64,000 nt of DNA, taken from positions 960,001 through 1,024,000 of the forward strand of contig OY970399.1 in assembly GCA_963720545.1 (NCBI GenBank), read 5' to 3'. Within the stretch, counting starts at the first letter, position 1; every line of letters starts with the position of its first letter. Shown piece by piece: positions 21,375 through 32,415 of the stretch. A program made the translations under genes and the position numbers. This stretch comes from an uncultured Acidobacteriota bacterium (lineage in GTDB: Bacteria; Acidobacteriota; Vicinamibacteria; Fen-336). The notes under the pieces are model-generated. The model saw only the letters and a list, made by a program, of their open reading frames with translations, made no database searches and had not been told where the DNA came from.

Positions 21375-21913
21375 AGATCTACACCAGGGGCGGCGACCAG
21401 GGCGAAACCGGCCTCATCGGCGGCGTGCGTGTGCCGAAGGACGACATCCGCGTCGCCGCCTACGGTGAAGTGGACGAGCTCAACGCGGTCCTGGGCGTGG
21501 TCATCGCCCACTCGGCCGATGCGCAGCGTAATGCCCTTCTCACCGACATCCAGAAAGACCTGTTCGCGATCGGGGCGCACCTTGCCGATCCACGCGCCAC
21601 GATCGCGGGGAAGAAGCCGAAGACCGCCCTCGACGACCAGCACGTGCGGCACCTCGAACAGGCGATCGACGAACGCGAGGCCCGCCTCGAACCGCTGAAG
21701 ACGTTCCTGCTTCCCGGCGGCTCCGTGGTGGGCTCCTGCCTTCACCTTGCCCGCGGTGTCTGCCGGCGCGCCGAACGCCACATCGTGGCACTTCACCACG
21801 AATCGCCCGTGGAAGCCGTCATCCTTATCTATGTGAACCGGCTGGCCGACCTGCTCTTCGTCCTCGCCCGCGAGGCAAACGCCCAGGAAGGCCGGTCGGA
21901 AACGCCCTGGTAA
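21371..21913 (+). CDS. PduO-type cob(I)alamin adenosyltransferase
   Basis: MKIYTRGGDQGET, YGEVDELN, CRRAER, NRLADLLF. Confidence 0.92.
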   Translation: MKIYTRGGDQGETGLIGGVRVPKDDIRVAAYGEVDELNAVLGVVIAHSADAQRNALLTDIQKDLFAIGAHLADPRATIAGKKPKTALDDQHVRHLEQAIDEREARLEPLKTFLLPGGSVVGSCLHLARGVCRRAERHIVALHHESPVEAVILIYVNRLADLLFVLAREANAQEGRSETPW

Positions 21914-21930
21914 CAGCCATCGGGTGTGGG

Positions 21931-22034
21931 TGTGATCCTGATCACAATGACGGGCCTGATCTGTGAAGTGATGTCCCACACGCTCATTAGGGCTAGCTAA
22001 CGATCGTGTACAGTCTTATGTTTGCTACATCACA
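21931..22034. promoter_or_regulatory. CRP/FNR-family-like binding sites
   Basis: TGTGA-TCCTGA-TCACA (21931-21946) and TGTTT-GCTACA-TCACA (22019-22034) in an AT-rich intergenic region. Confidence 0.5.
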
Positions 22035-22112
22035 TTCACCACGTCCCGCCGAAACTTTTGAAGCACCCTTTGGTTCATTCGGCGAGGCGCCTTTAATTAG
22101 GAGTTTTATCCA

Positions 22113-22481
22113 ATGAAGAATTCCCTGTTCGCCGTCGTTGCTGGCCTCGCTTTCAGCGGTTTCGCATTCGCGCAGGAGCCTGCCCAGCAGCCGAATCCCG
22201 CCTCGGACCCCAAGCCGGTCACCGCTGAGCAGGCCAAGCCGGCCATGGACAAGGCCGCCAAGGGCGACCTGTCGGCCGAAGTGGTCTCGGTGGACTCCGA
22301 GAAGAAGACCGTCACCCTGAAGAACGCTTCGGGTGAGTGGACGCTGCCTGTCGAGGGCCTCGCCGTCGACAGCATCGGCACGATCAAGGCTGGCGACAAG
22401 GTCGTTGCGACCCTGCGTCATGACGCGAAGGGCGCGCCCGCGGCCATCACCGGTTTCAAGCCGGCTCCCGCGATCAAGTAG
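22113..22481 (+). CDS. Small secreted protein, possible OB-fold
   Basis: AGGAG RBS; signal peptide AFA-Q; AEVVSVDSEKKTVTLK...IKAGDKV pattern. Confidence 0.75.
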   Translation: MKNSLFAVVAGLAFSGFAFAQEPAQQPNPASDPKPVTAEQAKPAMDKAAKGDLSAEVVSVDSEKKTVTLKNASGEWTLPVEGLAVDSIGTIKAGDKVVATLRHDAKGAPAAITGFKPAPAIK

Positions 22482-22505
22482 CAGCCGCTTTCGTCTCGTA
22501 GGGAG

Positions 22506-22541
22506 AAGGGCCGGGACCGTGAGGTTCCGGCCTTTTTCTTT
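22506..22541 (+). terminator. Rho-independent terminator
   Basis: GGGCCGGGACC-gtga-GGTTCCGGCCT followed by TTTTCTTT. Confidence 0.8.
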
Positions 22542-22562
22542 GCGCTTGGTATCCTTACGCCG

Positions 22563-23231
22563 ATGCGGGCAGCGGTTTTCGACTTCGACGGCGTGATCAT
22601 GGACAGCGAAAGCGTGCATTTCCGCTCGCTGCAGAGCGCCTTGTCCGCGACCGGTGTCGCGATCGACGCCGAGGAATACCAGAACGAGCTCGTCGCCTAC
22701 GACGACCGCACCTCGATCCGCATCGCGCTCGAGAAGCGCGGCCGGCCGTTCGACCGCGACGAGGTCGAAAACCTGGCGCAGAAAAAGGCGGTGTTCTTCG
22801 ACGCAGCAAGACGCCAGATCGGCGTCTTCCCCGGCGTGCGCGACCTGGTCGCCTCGTTCGCCCGAGAGATGCCGCTCGCGATCGCGTCGGGCGCGCTGCA
22901 CCGCGAGATCGTGAGCCTGCTGGACGGTGCGGAGCTGCGCGAGCACTTCACCTTCATCGTCGCGGCCGACGACGTCTCCCGCACCAAGCCGCACCCTGAG
23001 CCCTACCTGCGCGCGGTGGAATTGCTCGCGACTCGTGTCCCCGGGCTGCTGGCTTCGGACTGCGTGGCGTTCGAGGACACCGTCGCTGGCATCGCCGCGG
23101 CGCGCGCCGCCGGCCTGCGCGTGGTGGGCATCACCAACACGTATCCGGCGGCGAAGCTGGGCCAGGCGGACCGCGTGGTGCCGAGTTTCGTCGGCATGAC
23201 GCCGGCCGACTTCCGTCCGCTGTTCGCCTGA
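22563..23231 (+). CDS. HAD-family phosphatase (beta-PGM/CbbY-like)
   Basis: FDFDGV, KPHPEPY, FEDT. Confidence 0.9.
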   Translation: MRAAVFDFDGVIMDSESVHFRSLQSALSATGVAIDAEEYQNELVAYDDRTSIRIALEKRGRPFDRDEVENLAQKKAVFFDAARRQIGVFPGVRDLVASFAREMPLAIASGALHREIVSLLDGAELREHFTFIVAADDVSRTKPHPEPYLRAVELLATRVPGLLASDCVAFEDTVAGIAAARAAGLRVVGITNTYPAAKLGQADRVVPSFVGMTPADFRPLFA

Positions 23232-23234
23232 GCG

Positions 23235-24062
23235 ATGGCCTCGAAACACCTCGACGCCGACCGCGCCCGCCGCAACGCCGAGTACAAGTTCGACTATGCG
23301 AAGAAAAGCCTGGGCGGCAAGGTGGTGCTGGTTCCTGGCGGCGGCGGCGGCCTCGGCGCGGCAATCACCGCCTTGCTGCTGCAGGAAGGCGCCTTTCCAG
23401 TCGTCGGCTACCGCCGCAACCGCGGCCACGCCATGGTGTTCCAGCAGAAGATGCAGGACCTCTACGGCGGCCCCGTGGTGCTCGTCGAGGGCGACATCGC
23501 GGAGCCCGCCGTGCGCGACAAGTACCTGGCCGCGGCGCTCGACGTGAAGGGCGAGCTCTACGGCCTGGTGGCGCTCCCCGGCGACCCGGCACGGGTCAAG
23601 GCCGAGGCGCTCGACGACGCAGCGCTCGCGGCATCCTGGGCCGCCAACTTCACGGCACCCTTCCTGCTGGCGCGGCGCTGCGCCGAGGAGATGCAGCGGC
23701 TCAAGACTCCCGGCGCGATCGTGCTGGTGTCGAGCATGCAGGGCGTGCACCCGTTCGAGGGCAGCGTCGCCTATGCGGCACCGAAGGCGGCACTGGCGCA
23801 CGCCGCCAGGATCCTCGCGAAGGAGTTCGGCGGCGCCGCCGACATCCGCGTGAACGCGATTGCTCCCGGAGCCACCACCGCCGGCATGGCACGCGCGTCG
23901 CTCGACACCGGCAAGTACGATCCCTACGTCGACAACGGGGTCATCCCGCGCTTCGGCAGGCCCGAAGACATCGCACGCGCGGTGCGCTTCCTGCTGGAGC
24001 CTGAGAGCTACATCACGGGGCAGGTGCTGGTGGTCGACGGCGGGCTGACCCTGCGCCGTTGA
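23235..24062 (+). CDS. SDR family oxidoreductase
   Basis: VPGGGGGLG, VSS, YAAPK, VNAIAPG, ITGQVLVVDGG. Confidence 0.88.
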   Translation: MASKHLDADRARRNAEYKFDYAKKSLGGKVVLVPGGGGGLGAAITALLLQEGAFPVVGYRRNRGHAMVFQQKMQDLYGGPVVLVEGDIAEPAVRDKYLAAALDVKGELYGLVALPGDPARVKAEALDDAALAASWAANFTAPFLLARRCAEEMQRLKTPGAIVLVSSMQGVHPFEGSVAYAAPKAALAHAARILAKEFGGAADIRVNAIAPGATTAGMARASLDTGKYDPYVDNGVIPRFGRPEDIARAVRFLLEPESYITGQVLVVDGGLTLRR

Positions 24063-24093
24063 CACTGGTACCTTGCGACCCTAACCTCATCGG

Positions 24094-25125
24094 ATGAACG
24101 CTCGCGCGCTGTCGCTGTGTCTCATCGCGGTCGCCGCATCCGGCTTGTGCTGCAAGTCGCGCGCCGCGGCCTCCGCGCAGGCGCAGCCTGCCGACGGCTC
24201 AGCGCCGCTCGCGACCATGAACGGCGTCACCATCACTGCCAGGGAAGTGGACGCCAAGGTCAAGGCGAAGGTGCTCGAGCTGGAACAGCAGATCTACCAG
24301 GCCCGCCGCGACGCGCTCGACGAACTGGTGTCCGAGAAACTCATCGAGCTGGAAGCGAAGGCGCGCGGCGTGTCGAAGGAAGAATACCTGCGCGCCGAGC
24401 TCCAGAGCCGCATCACCGCGCCGAGCGACGCTGAAATCGCCAAGGTGTACGAAGAGAACAAGGCGCGCTTCGGGGGCAAGACCCTCGCCGAGATGAAGCC
24501 GCGCATCGTCGAGTACCTGCGCAACCAGGCGGCGCAGGACCGCGGCACTGCCCTGCGCGCCGAGCTCGAGGCGAAGCACAACGTCAAGGTGCTGATGACG
24601 GCGCCGCGCTTCGAGGTGAGCCCGCCCGCGACGGCTTACGCCAAGGGTCCGGCCAAAGCACCGGTCACGATCGTCGAGTTCTCCGACTACCAGTGCCCGT
24701 ACTGCCAGCGCGCGGAGAAGACCGTGGAGGGGCTGCTCGGCAAGTACGGCGAAAGGGTGCGCTTCGTGCTCGTCGACTACCCCATCGAGGGACATCCCGG
24801 CGCGTTCCCCGCATCGCGCGCGGCGCGCTGCGCCGGCGACCAGGGCAAGTTCTGGGAGTACCACCAGCACCTGCTCACCGAGCCTGGCGCTTTCACCGAA
24901 GAAGACTTCAAGGGCCGGGCAGCGAGCCTCGGCCTCAAGGGCGACGAATTCGGCGCGTGTTTCGCCTCCGGCAAGCACGACCCCGCCATCAATGCCGGGC
25001 GCGAGCAGGGCAACCAGCTGGGCGTGACCGCGACACCGACCTTCTTCATCAACGGCCGGATGATCTCTGGGGCACGCGAGGCCCGGGCGTTCGAGACGAT
25101 CATCGACGAAGAGCTGGCGCAGTAG
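24094..25125 (+). CDS. DsbA/thioredoxin-fold protein with SurA-like N-terminal helical domain (probable lipoprotein)
   Basis: GLCC signal end; EFSDYQCPYC; ATPTFFING. Confidence 0.88.
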   Translation: MNARALSLCLIAVAASGLCCKSRAAASAQAQPADGSAPLATMNGVTITAREVDAKVKAKVLELEQQIYQARRDALDELVSEKLIELEAKARGVSKEEYLRAELQSRITAPSDAEIAKVYEENKARFGGKTLAEMKPRIVEYLRNQAAQDRGTALRAELEAKHNVKVLMTAPRFEVSPPATAYAKGPAKAPVTIVEFSDYQCPYCQRAEKTVEGLLGKYGERVRFVLVDYPIEGHPGAFPASRAARCAGDQGKFWEYHQHLLTEPGAFTEEDFKGRAASLGLKGDEFGACFASGKHDPAINAGREQGNQLGVTATPTFFINGRMISGAREARAFETIIDEELAQ

Positions 25126-25141
25126 CGCGAGCAGGAGCGAC

Positions 25142-27049
25142 TTGCAGACAGAACTACGCGCGTGGACCGTCAAGGATTCGTCCATCCTCTATAACGTCGA
25201 CGGCTGGGGCCGGGACTTCTTCGGCATCAACGACGCCGGCAACATCGAGGTCATGCCCTCCGCCAACGGCGCGCGCATCGACCTGAAGGAACTGGTAGAC
25301 GACCTCAGGAGCCGCGGCATCAACCTGCCGGTCCTGATCCGCTTCTCCGACATCCTGCGCACCCGCATCCAGCAGCTGTTCGGCTCGTTCCAGCAGGCGA
25401 TCGCCGACAACGACTACCGCGGCGCCTATCGAGGCGTCTACCCCATCAAGGTGAACCAGCAGCGCCACGTGGTGGAGGAGCTGATCGAGTACGGCCGGCC
25501 CTTCAACCTCGGCCTCGAGGCCGGCTCCAAGCCCGAGCTGCTGGTGGCGCTGGCGCTGCATGACAACCCCGAAGCGCTCATCCTCTGCAACGGCTACAAG
25601 GACCGCGCCTTCATCGAGACGGCGCTGCTCGCGCAGAAGCTCGGCCGCCAGGTGATCATCACCATGGACCGGGTGGACGAGCTCGAGGTCATCCTGCAGG
25701 CCGCCAAGGAGCTCGACGTGCGCCCGGTGATCGGCGTGCGCGCACGGCTCTCGACCAAGGGCGCCGGCAAGTGGGTGGAGTCCACCGGCGACCGCTCCAA
25801 GTTCGGCCTGACCACGGCGGAAATGGTGTCGGTGGTCGAGCGGCTGCGCCAGGAGCAGATGCTCGACTGCCTGCAGCTGCTGCACTTCCACATCGGCTCG
25901 CAGATCACGGCCATCCGCGCCATCAAGGACGCGCTGCGCGAGGCGAGCCGCATCTTCGTCGAGCTGCACGCGCTCGGCGCCAACATGAAGATCCTCGACT
26001 GCGGCGGCGGCCTTGGCGTCGACTACGACGGCAGCCAGACCAACTTCCATTCCTCGGTCAACTATTCGCTCGCCGAGTACGCGGCCGACATCGTCAGCCA
26101 GATCGCCGACGCCTGCAACGCCGCGAAGGTGCCGCACCCCGACATCGTCACGGAGTCGGGACGTGCGCTGGTGGCGCACCACTCGGTGCTGGTATTCGAT
26201 GTGCTGGGCGTCAACGAGATCCTGGTGGGCGAGGTGCCCGAGCTGGTCGGCGACAACGAGCACCGCATCATCCAGCAGCTCTACGAGACCTACACGTCGG
26301 TGTCGCGCAAGAACTTCCAGGAGTCCTACCACGACGCTCTGGGGCTGAAGGAAGAGGCGATCAACGCCTTCAACGTCGGCGTGCTGAACCTCAAGGAGCG
26401 GGCGCGCATCGAGCAGCTCTTCTGGGCGACCTGCGAGCGCATCCTCAAGATCGTGCGCGACCTGGCCTACGTGCCCGACGACCTCGAGGGCCTCGAGAAG
26501 CAGCTGTCCGACACCTACTACTGCAACTTCTCGCTGTTCCAGTCGCTGCCCGACCACTGGGCCGTGCGCCAGCTGTTCCCCACCGTGCCGATCCATCGCC
26601 ACGACAAGCAGCCGACCCGGCGCGCCATCCTCGCCGACCTGACGTGCGACAGCGACGGCAAGATGGACGAGTTCATCGACCTCAAGGACGTCAGCCACTT
26701 TCTGCCGCTGCACCCGCTGAACGGCGGGCCCTACTACATCGCGAGCTTCCTGGTGGGCGCCTACCAGGAGATCCTCGGCGACCTGCACAACCTGTTCGGC
26801 GACACCGATGCCGTGCACGTGCGCCTCGACGGCGACGACTATCGCGTCGAGCACGTGGTGGAGGGCGACTCGGTCACCGAGGTGCTGTCCTACGTGCAGT
26901 ACTCGAAGGACGACCTCATCTCGCGCGTGCGCCGCTCGGTGGAAGTGGCGCTGCGCGACAAGCGCCTCACCATGGCCGAATCGGGCCGCCTGATGCGCCG
27001 CTACGAAGAGGCGCTCGAGGGCTACACCTACCTCACCGTCAAGGAGTAG
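25142..27049 (+). CDS. speA: Biosynthetic arginine decarboxylase
   Basis: YPIKVNQ, LEAGSKPEL, HFHIGSQI, TCDSDG, GAYQEILGDLHNLFG; TTG start after AGGAG. Confidence 0.95.
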   Translation: MQTELRAWTVKDSSILYNVDGWGRDFFGINDAGNIEVMPSANGARIDLKELVDDLRSRGINLPVLIRFSDILRTRIQQLFGSFQQAIADNDYRGAYRGVYPIKVNQQRHVVEELIEYGRPFNLGLEAGSKPELLVALALHDNPEALILCNGYKDRAFIETALLAQKLGRQVIITMDRVDELEVILQAAKELDVRPVIGVRARLSTKGAGKWVESTGDRSKFGLTTAEMVSVVERLRQEQMLDCLQLLHFHIGSQITAIRAIKDALREASRIFVELHALGANMKILDCGGGLGVDYDGSQTNFHSSVNYSLAEYAADIVSQIADACNAAKVPHPDIVTESGRALVAHHSVLVFDVLGVNEILVGEVPELVGDNEHRIIQQLYETYTSVSRKNFQESYHDALGLKEEAINAFNVGVLNLKERARIEQLFWATCERILKIVRDLAYVPDDLEGLEKQLSDTYYCNFSLFQSLPDHWAVRQLFPTVPIHRHDKQPTRRAILADLTCDSDGKMDEFIDLKDVSHFLPLHPLNGGPYYIASFLVGAYQEILGDLHNLFGDTDAVHVRLDGDDYRVEHVVEGDSVTEVLSYVQYSKDDLISRVRRSVEVALRDKRLTMAESGRLMRRYEEALEGYTYLTVKE

Positions 27050-27099
27050 TCAGACCTATAGGCACCGTGCGGTAACCTGCCGCGGCACCGCGAACGGCC

Positions 27100-28254
27100 A
27101 TGAGAATCGTCGTCAAGTATCACGAGATCGCGCTCAAGGGCGGCAACCGCGGGTTTTTCGTGGCGCGCCTCCTCCACAACCTGCGCCGCGCCACCGCGGA
27201 ATGGCAGGGCAAGGTCGCGGAACGCTCCGGCCGCATCTTCGTCGAGCTGCCCGATACTCTCGCGTGGGAGGCGGCGCGCGAGCGCATCGCGGCGGTCCTC
27301 GGCGTCGCCAACTTCTCGCGGGTGCGCGAGTCCCCGGCCGATCTCGACCAGTTGGAGCGGCTGCTGCTGCAAAGCCTCGACGGCGACCGGTTCCAGTCGT
27401 TCCGGGTGCGGGCGCGGCGCACCTACAAGCCGTTCCCGTTCTCGTCGATGGACATCGAGCGCCGCCTCGGCGCCGCCATCAACACACGCACCGGCGCGCG
27501 CGTCGACCTCAGCACCTCGGCTGAGCGCACCTTCTTCGTCGACGTGCTCAAGGACCGCATCCTGTTCACGACCGAGCGGGAGCAGGGCGTCGGTGGCTTG
27601 CCGGTGGGCAGTTCCGGGCGCGTCATGGCGCTCCTCTCCGGCGGCATCGACTCGCCGGTGGCGGCCCACCGCCTGATGCGCCGCGGCTGCACCATACTGC
27701 CGGTGCACTTTCACGCCTTCCCGTTGCAGGACCACGACTCGATCGACAAGGCGCGCGAACTGGCGCGGGTGCTGGCGCGCTCGCAATTCGAGCTGAAGCT
27801 GTTCCTGGTGCCGTTCGGCCCGACCCAACAGACGATCGTGGCGCAAGGGCCGGCGCCGCTGCGCGTCATCCTCTATCGCCGCTTCATGGTGCGCGTGGCG
27901 GAGCGGCTCGGCGCGCGTTACGGTGTCAAAGCGCTGTGCACCGGCGAGAGCGTCGCGCAGGTGGCCTCGCAGACGCTCGACAACATGGCGGCTGTGGACG
28001 CCGCCGCGCAGGGACCGATACTGCGGCCGCTGGTGGGCATGGACAAGGACGAGATCATGCGCGAGGCGCGGCGCATCGGCACCTACGAGATCAGCATCCG
28101 TCCCGACCAGGACTGTTGCCAGATCTTCTCGCCGCGCAAGCCGGCGGTCGCGGCCAAGGTGGAGGAGGCGGACGCGGCCGAGCGGCAGCTCGACGTCGCG
28201 GGGCTGGTCGCCGCGTGTGTGCAGCAAGTCACGATCGAGAAGTTCGCCTTTTAG
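27100..28254 (+). CDS. thiI: tRNA 4-thiouridine synthase (THUMP + PP-loop, no rhodanese domain)
   Basis: EIALKGGNR, LLSGGIDSPVA, GESVAQVASQT, DCC. Confidence 0.93.
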   Translation: MRIVVKYHEIALKGGNRGFFVARLLHNLRRATAEWQGKVAERSGRIFVELPDTLAWEAARERIAAVLGVANFSRVRESPADLDQLERLLLQSLDGDRFQSFRVRARRTYKPFPFSSMDIERRLGAAINTRTGARVDLSTSAERTFFVDVLKDRILFTTEREQGVGGLPVGSSGRVMALLSGGIDSPVAAHRLMRRGCTILPVHFHAFPLQDHDSIDKARELARVLARSQFELKLFLVPFGPTQQTIVAQGPAPLRVILYRRFMVRVAERLGARYGVKALCTGESVAQVASQTLDNMAAVDAAAQGPILRPLVGMDKDEIMREARRIGTYEISIRPDQDCCQIFSPRKPAVAAKVEEADAAERQLDVAGLVAACVQQVTIEKFAF

Positions 28255-28278
28255 GCGAATGGTATGATCGTCGAGGCC

Positions 28279-29109
28279 GTGAACGCTTCCCACCTCGAAA
28301 GGCTGATAGCCAGCGTCTCCTGCCCCGAGGACAGCCTCGACTTCACTCGTGCGTCGCTGCTCGTGGCCTGCCAGGAGTACCCGCAGCTGGACGTCGACGG
28401 CTACCACGCCCGGCTCGCGGAGCTAGGCGCGCGCTTCGCGGCGCGCTCGTGCGGCGCGGCGCCCGAGGATTCGGTGCTGCTCCTCAGCGAGTTCCTGTTC
28501 GCCGAAGAGGGTTTCCGCGGTAACGGCGACGACTTCTACGATCCGCGCAACAGCTTCCTCAACGAAGTCCTCGATCGCCGTATGGGAATCCCCATCTCGC
28601 TTTCCGCCATCTACCTCGAGGTGGCGCAGCGGGCCGGCCTGCGGGCCTGCGGCGTGAGCTTCCCCGGCCATTTCCTGGTGCGGGTCGAGGGCGAGTACGC
28701 GCCGATGATCGTCGACCCGTTCCACGGCGGCATCCGCCTGACGACACAGGACTGCCAGGACCGCCTCGACCACGTCTTCGGCGGCAGGATCGTGCTGAAG
28801 GACGAGATGCTCGAGCCGTGCAGCAAGCGCGCCATGCTGGTGCGGCTGATGCGCAACCTCAAGGGCATCTACGTCAAGACCGGCGACCACGAGCGCGCGC
28901 TGCGCACAGTGGAGCTGACCCTGCTGGTGGAGCCGCAGAGCCGGCCTGACCGCCGCGACCGTGGCCTGATCCTCGCCGCGATGGACTGCTACGGGCTCGC
29001 CGCCGACGCGCTCGAGCAGTACCTCGAACTGGCGCCATACGCCTCGGAAGCCGCCACCCTGGCCGAGAAGGTGCAGGAACTGCGCCTCAAGGCCGCTCGC
29101 ACCCATTGA
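28279..29109 (+). CDS. SirB1/transglutaminase-like protein with C-terminal TPR
   Basis: GFRGN..YDPRNSFLNEVLDRRMGIPISL, FPGHFL, RDRG; GTG 28279 after GAGG (alternative ATG 28264). Confidence 0.85.
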   Translation: MNASHLERLIASVSCPEDSLDFTRASLLVACQEYPQLDVDGYHARLAELGARFAARSCGAAPEDSVLLLSEFLFAEEGFRGNGDDFYDPRNSFLNEVLDRRMGIPISLSAIYLEVAQRAGLRACGVSFPGHFLVRVEGEYAPMIVDPFHGGIRLTTQDCQDRLDHVFGGRIVLKDEMLEPCSKRAMLVRLMRNLKGIYVKTGDHERALRTVELTLLVEPQSRPDRRDRGLILAAMDCYGLAADALEQYLELAPYASEAATLAEKVQELRLKAARTH

Positions 29110-29121
29110 AGGAGGACCCGC

Positions 29122-30194
<1,073 letters not shown>

Positions 30195-30198
<4 letters not shown>

Positions 30199-30509
30199 CC
30201 GTTCGACCAGTCGGGGTCGTCGCGGCCGTCGGCCTTGGGCACGCCGCCGGGGCCGCGCTCGGCGAGCAGCAGTCGGCGCAGCGTGCGCAGGTCGTTCAGC
30301 AAGCGGTGGCTCGCCGCGAGGTGGTCCTTCAGCTTGTCGAGCTTGAAGGCCACGAGCTGCAGCGCTTCCTGCAGCCGCTTGTCCTTCGCTTCCGTGGCTT
30401 GCGCCACGTCCGCGGCGATCTCGGCGCGCGACTCTTCGATCGCCTCGAGCAGCAGCTTGGTGTACTCATGCGCGCTCTCGATGCTCGCGAACGGCGTCAC
30501 GTCGTCCAT
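30195..30509 (-). CDS. Hypothetical helical/coiled-coil protein
   Basis: GGAG RBS, coding-like codon use, [12 protein letters not shown]...[11 protein letters not shown]. Confidence 0.7.
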
Positions 30510-31213
30510 CGCAGCTCCATGAAGCTCGCGGCCTCGTGCGGGCCGGCCGGCGTGGCGCCGGCGGCGACGCGCAGCACGGCGCGCATCCCCGCGCCGGCGG
30601 CGGCAGCCACTTCGGCGGTGGCGTCCGAGACGAACAGCACCGAGTCGTTGCGCACGTTCAGCACCTGCGCGATGCGCGCGTAGCTCCGGGCGTCGGTCTT
30701 CGGCCCGGTGGCGGTGTCGAACCAGGCGCCGATGAGCGGGGCCAGGTCGCCTTCGCTGGTGTGTCCGAAGTAGAGCTTCTGCGCGAGCACGCTGCCCGAA
30801 GAATAGATCGCGAGGCCGATGCCGTCCTCGTGCCAGCGTCGCAGCGCCGGCGCGACGTCGTCGAACAGCGGCGCCTCGAGCGCGCCCGAGGCGTAGCCGT
30901 CCTCCCAGACGCGGCCCTGCAGGTCCTTGAGCGGCGTCGCCTTGCGGTCGCGGTCGATGAGCCAGCCGGCATAGGCGGCGGCGGCGCTCCGATCATCGCC
31001 GTTCCACGGCGGCGGCGGCAGGCCGGTGCCGGTTTCGGCTGCGTGCAGGCGCCGCAGCTCGGCCACGAGCGCCTCTACCTCGTCGTCGTCCGCGTGCGCC
31101 TGGAGGAACGCGGCCATGCGTTCGCGCGCATAGGGAAAGAGGACGTCGCGCACGAACGAGACGGGCCCGACCGTCCCTTCGATGTCGAGCAGCACGTGGG
31201 CCGGCCTGGTCAG
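30497..31213 (-). CDS. mtnC: Enolase-phosphatase E1 (acireductone synthase)
   Basis: [33 protein letters not shown]; start is CTG 31213 or GTG 31195. Confidence 0.9.
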   Translation of the reverse strand: MTRPAHVLLDIEGTVGPVSFVRDVLFPYARERMAAFLQAHADDDEVEALVAELRRLHAAETGTGLPPPPWNGDDRSAAAAYAGWLIDRDRKATPLKDLQGRVWEDGYASGALEAPLFDDVAPALRRWHEDGIGLAIYSSGSVLAQKLYFGHTSEGDLAPLIGAWFDTATGPKTDARSYARIAQVLNVRNDSVLFVSDATAEVAAAAGAGMRAVLRVAAGATPAGPHEAASFMELRWTT

Positions 31214-31779
31214 AGCGCAGGCCCCGCTGCCGCGCCCAGGTACGCGGGACCGAGGCACACCGGCTCATGTCCCTGCTCGGCGCCGCTGTCGGTGTAGTGC
31301 GGCGTCCAGCCCGTGGGGTCCTGGAAGAGGCGAATGGCGCGGATGCGCTTGTCGGCGCACAGGTCGAACCAGTGCCAGGTGCCGCGCGGCACGCGCAGCA
31401 GGTCGCCCGGCCCGACCTCGATGGCGAGCACCGGGCCCTGCCGCGAGTGGATGTGAAACAGGCCGCGCCCGGCGACGATGAAGCGCACCTCGTCCTCGTC
31501 ATGCCAGTGCTCGCGGTTGAAGCGCGCCAGCATGGCGTCGATGCCGGGGGTGGCGGCGGTGACGTCGATGACGTCGGCGGTGACGTACCCGCCCTCGCGC
31601 TTGAGCCGCTCGATCTCGGGGGCGTAGGCCTCGAGCACCGCCTCGGCGGTGGCATCGTCCGCGAGCGGCCGCGACGCCGCCCAGCGCTCGAACACGATGC
31701 CTTCCGCGGACAGCCGTGCCGCGACCGGGCCGTCTTCCTCCAGCCGGATGTTTTCTTCGGGTATGCGTAGCGTGGCCAT
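31210..31779 (-). CDS. mtnD: Acireductone dioxygenase (cupin)
   Basis: [21 protein letters not shown]. Confidence 0.92.
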   Translation of the reverse strand: MATLRIPEENIRLEEDGPVAARLSAEGIVFERWAASRPLADDATAEAVLEAYAPEIERLKREGGYVTADVIDVTAATPGIDAMLARFNREHWHDEDEVRFIVAGRGLFHIHSRQGPVLAIEVGPGDLLRVPRGTWHWFDLCADKRIRAIRLFQDPTGWTPHYTDSGAEQGHEPVCLGPAYLGAAAGPAL

Positions 31780-31794
31780 GGGGAACTCCTGCGA

Positions 31795-32415
31795 TCAGTA
31801 TGACAGTTCTCGGAGCCTGACCTCGAGCAGGTACTCGAGGGCGTCCAGGTGGCGAGCCGCCTCGGGCACGTCCTTGCCGAAGCCATAGAGGCCATGGCGC
31901 CGGATGAGGAAGCCGGGTGCGCCCGCCGCGCGCACCCGCGCCACGGCCGCGGCGGCGTCGCCCGGCCAGTCCTGCGAGTTCGCGACGATCGGCACGCTCA
32001 CGCGCGCGGCATGGGTGCCGATGCCGGCGAAGGCCTTCGCCATCTCGTACCCCTCGAAAACCAGCTCACCGTCGGCGGCGAAGCGCTCGGAAAGCGCAGC
32101 CGCAGCGACGGAATGCGTATGGCCGACGGCGCCGGCGCCCACGCCTGTCACGAGTGCCAGGTGGATCCGGGTCTCCGCGGAGGGGACGATACCGCTGCCG
32201 CCGATGCCCGCGCCCTGGTCATCGACCACCACGAAGTCCGCTGCCGTCAAGGCGCCCTTGTCGGCGCCGCTGCGGGTCACGACGAGTTGCAGCGGGTCGC
32301 GGCCGACGACAGCGCTGAAGTTGCCGCTGGTCGCACGGTTCAGTCCCTGCGCGGCGCACCGCCGCGCCCACTCGATGAGCGCCGCGATTTCGCCACCAGC
32401 CTGCGGCGGCATCAT
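31795..32415 (-). CDS. mtnB: Methylthioribulose-1-phosphate dehydratase
   Basis: ATSGNFS, PSAET, HTHS, GYEMAKAF, HGLY; context with mtnD/mtnC. Confidence 0.88.
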   Translation of the reverse strand: MMPPQAGGEIAALIEWARRCAAQGLNRATSGNFSAVVGRDPLQLVVTRSGADKGALTAADFVVVDDQGAGIGGSGIVPSAETRIHLALVTGVGAGAVGHTHSVAAAALSERFAADGELVFEGYEMAKAFAGIGTHAARVSVPIVANSQDWPGDAAAAVARVRAAGAPGFLIRRHGLYGFGKDVPEAARHLDALEYLLEVRLRELSY

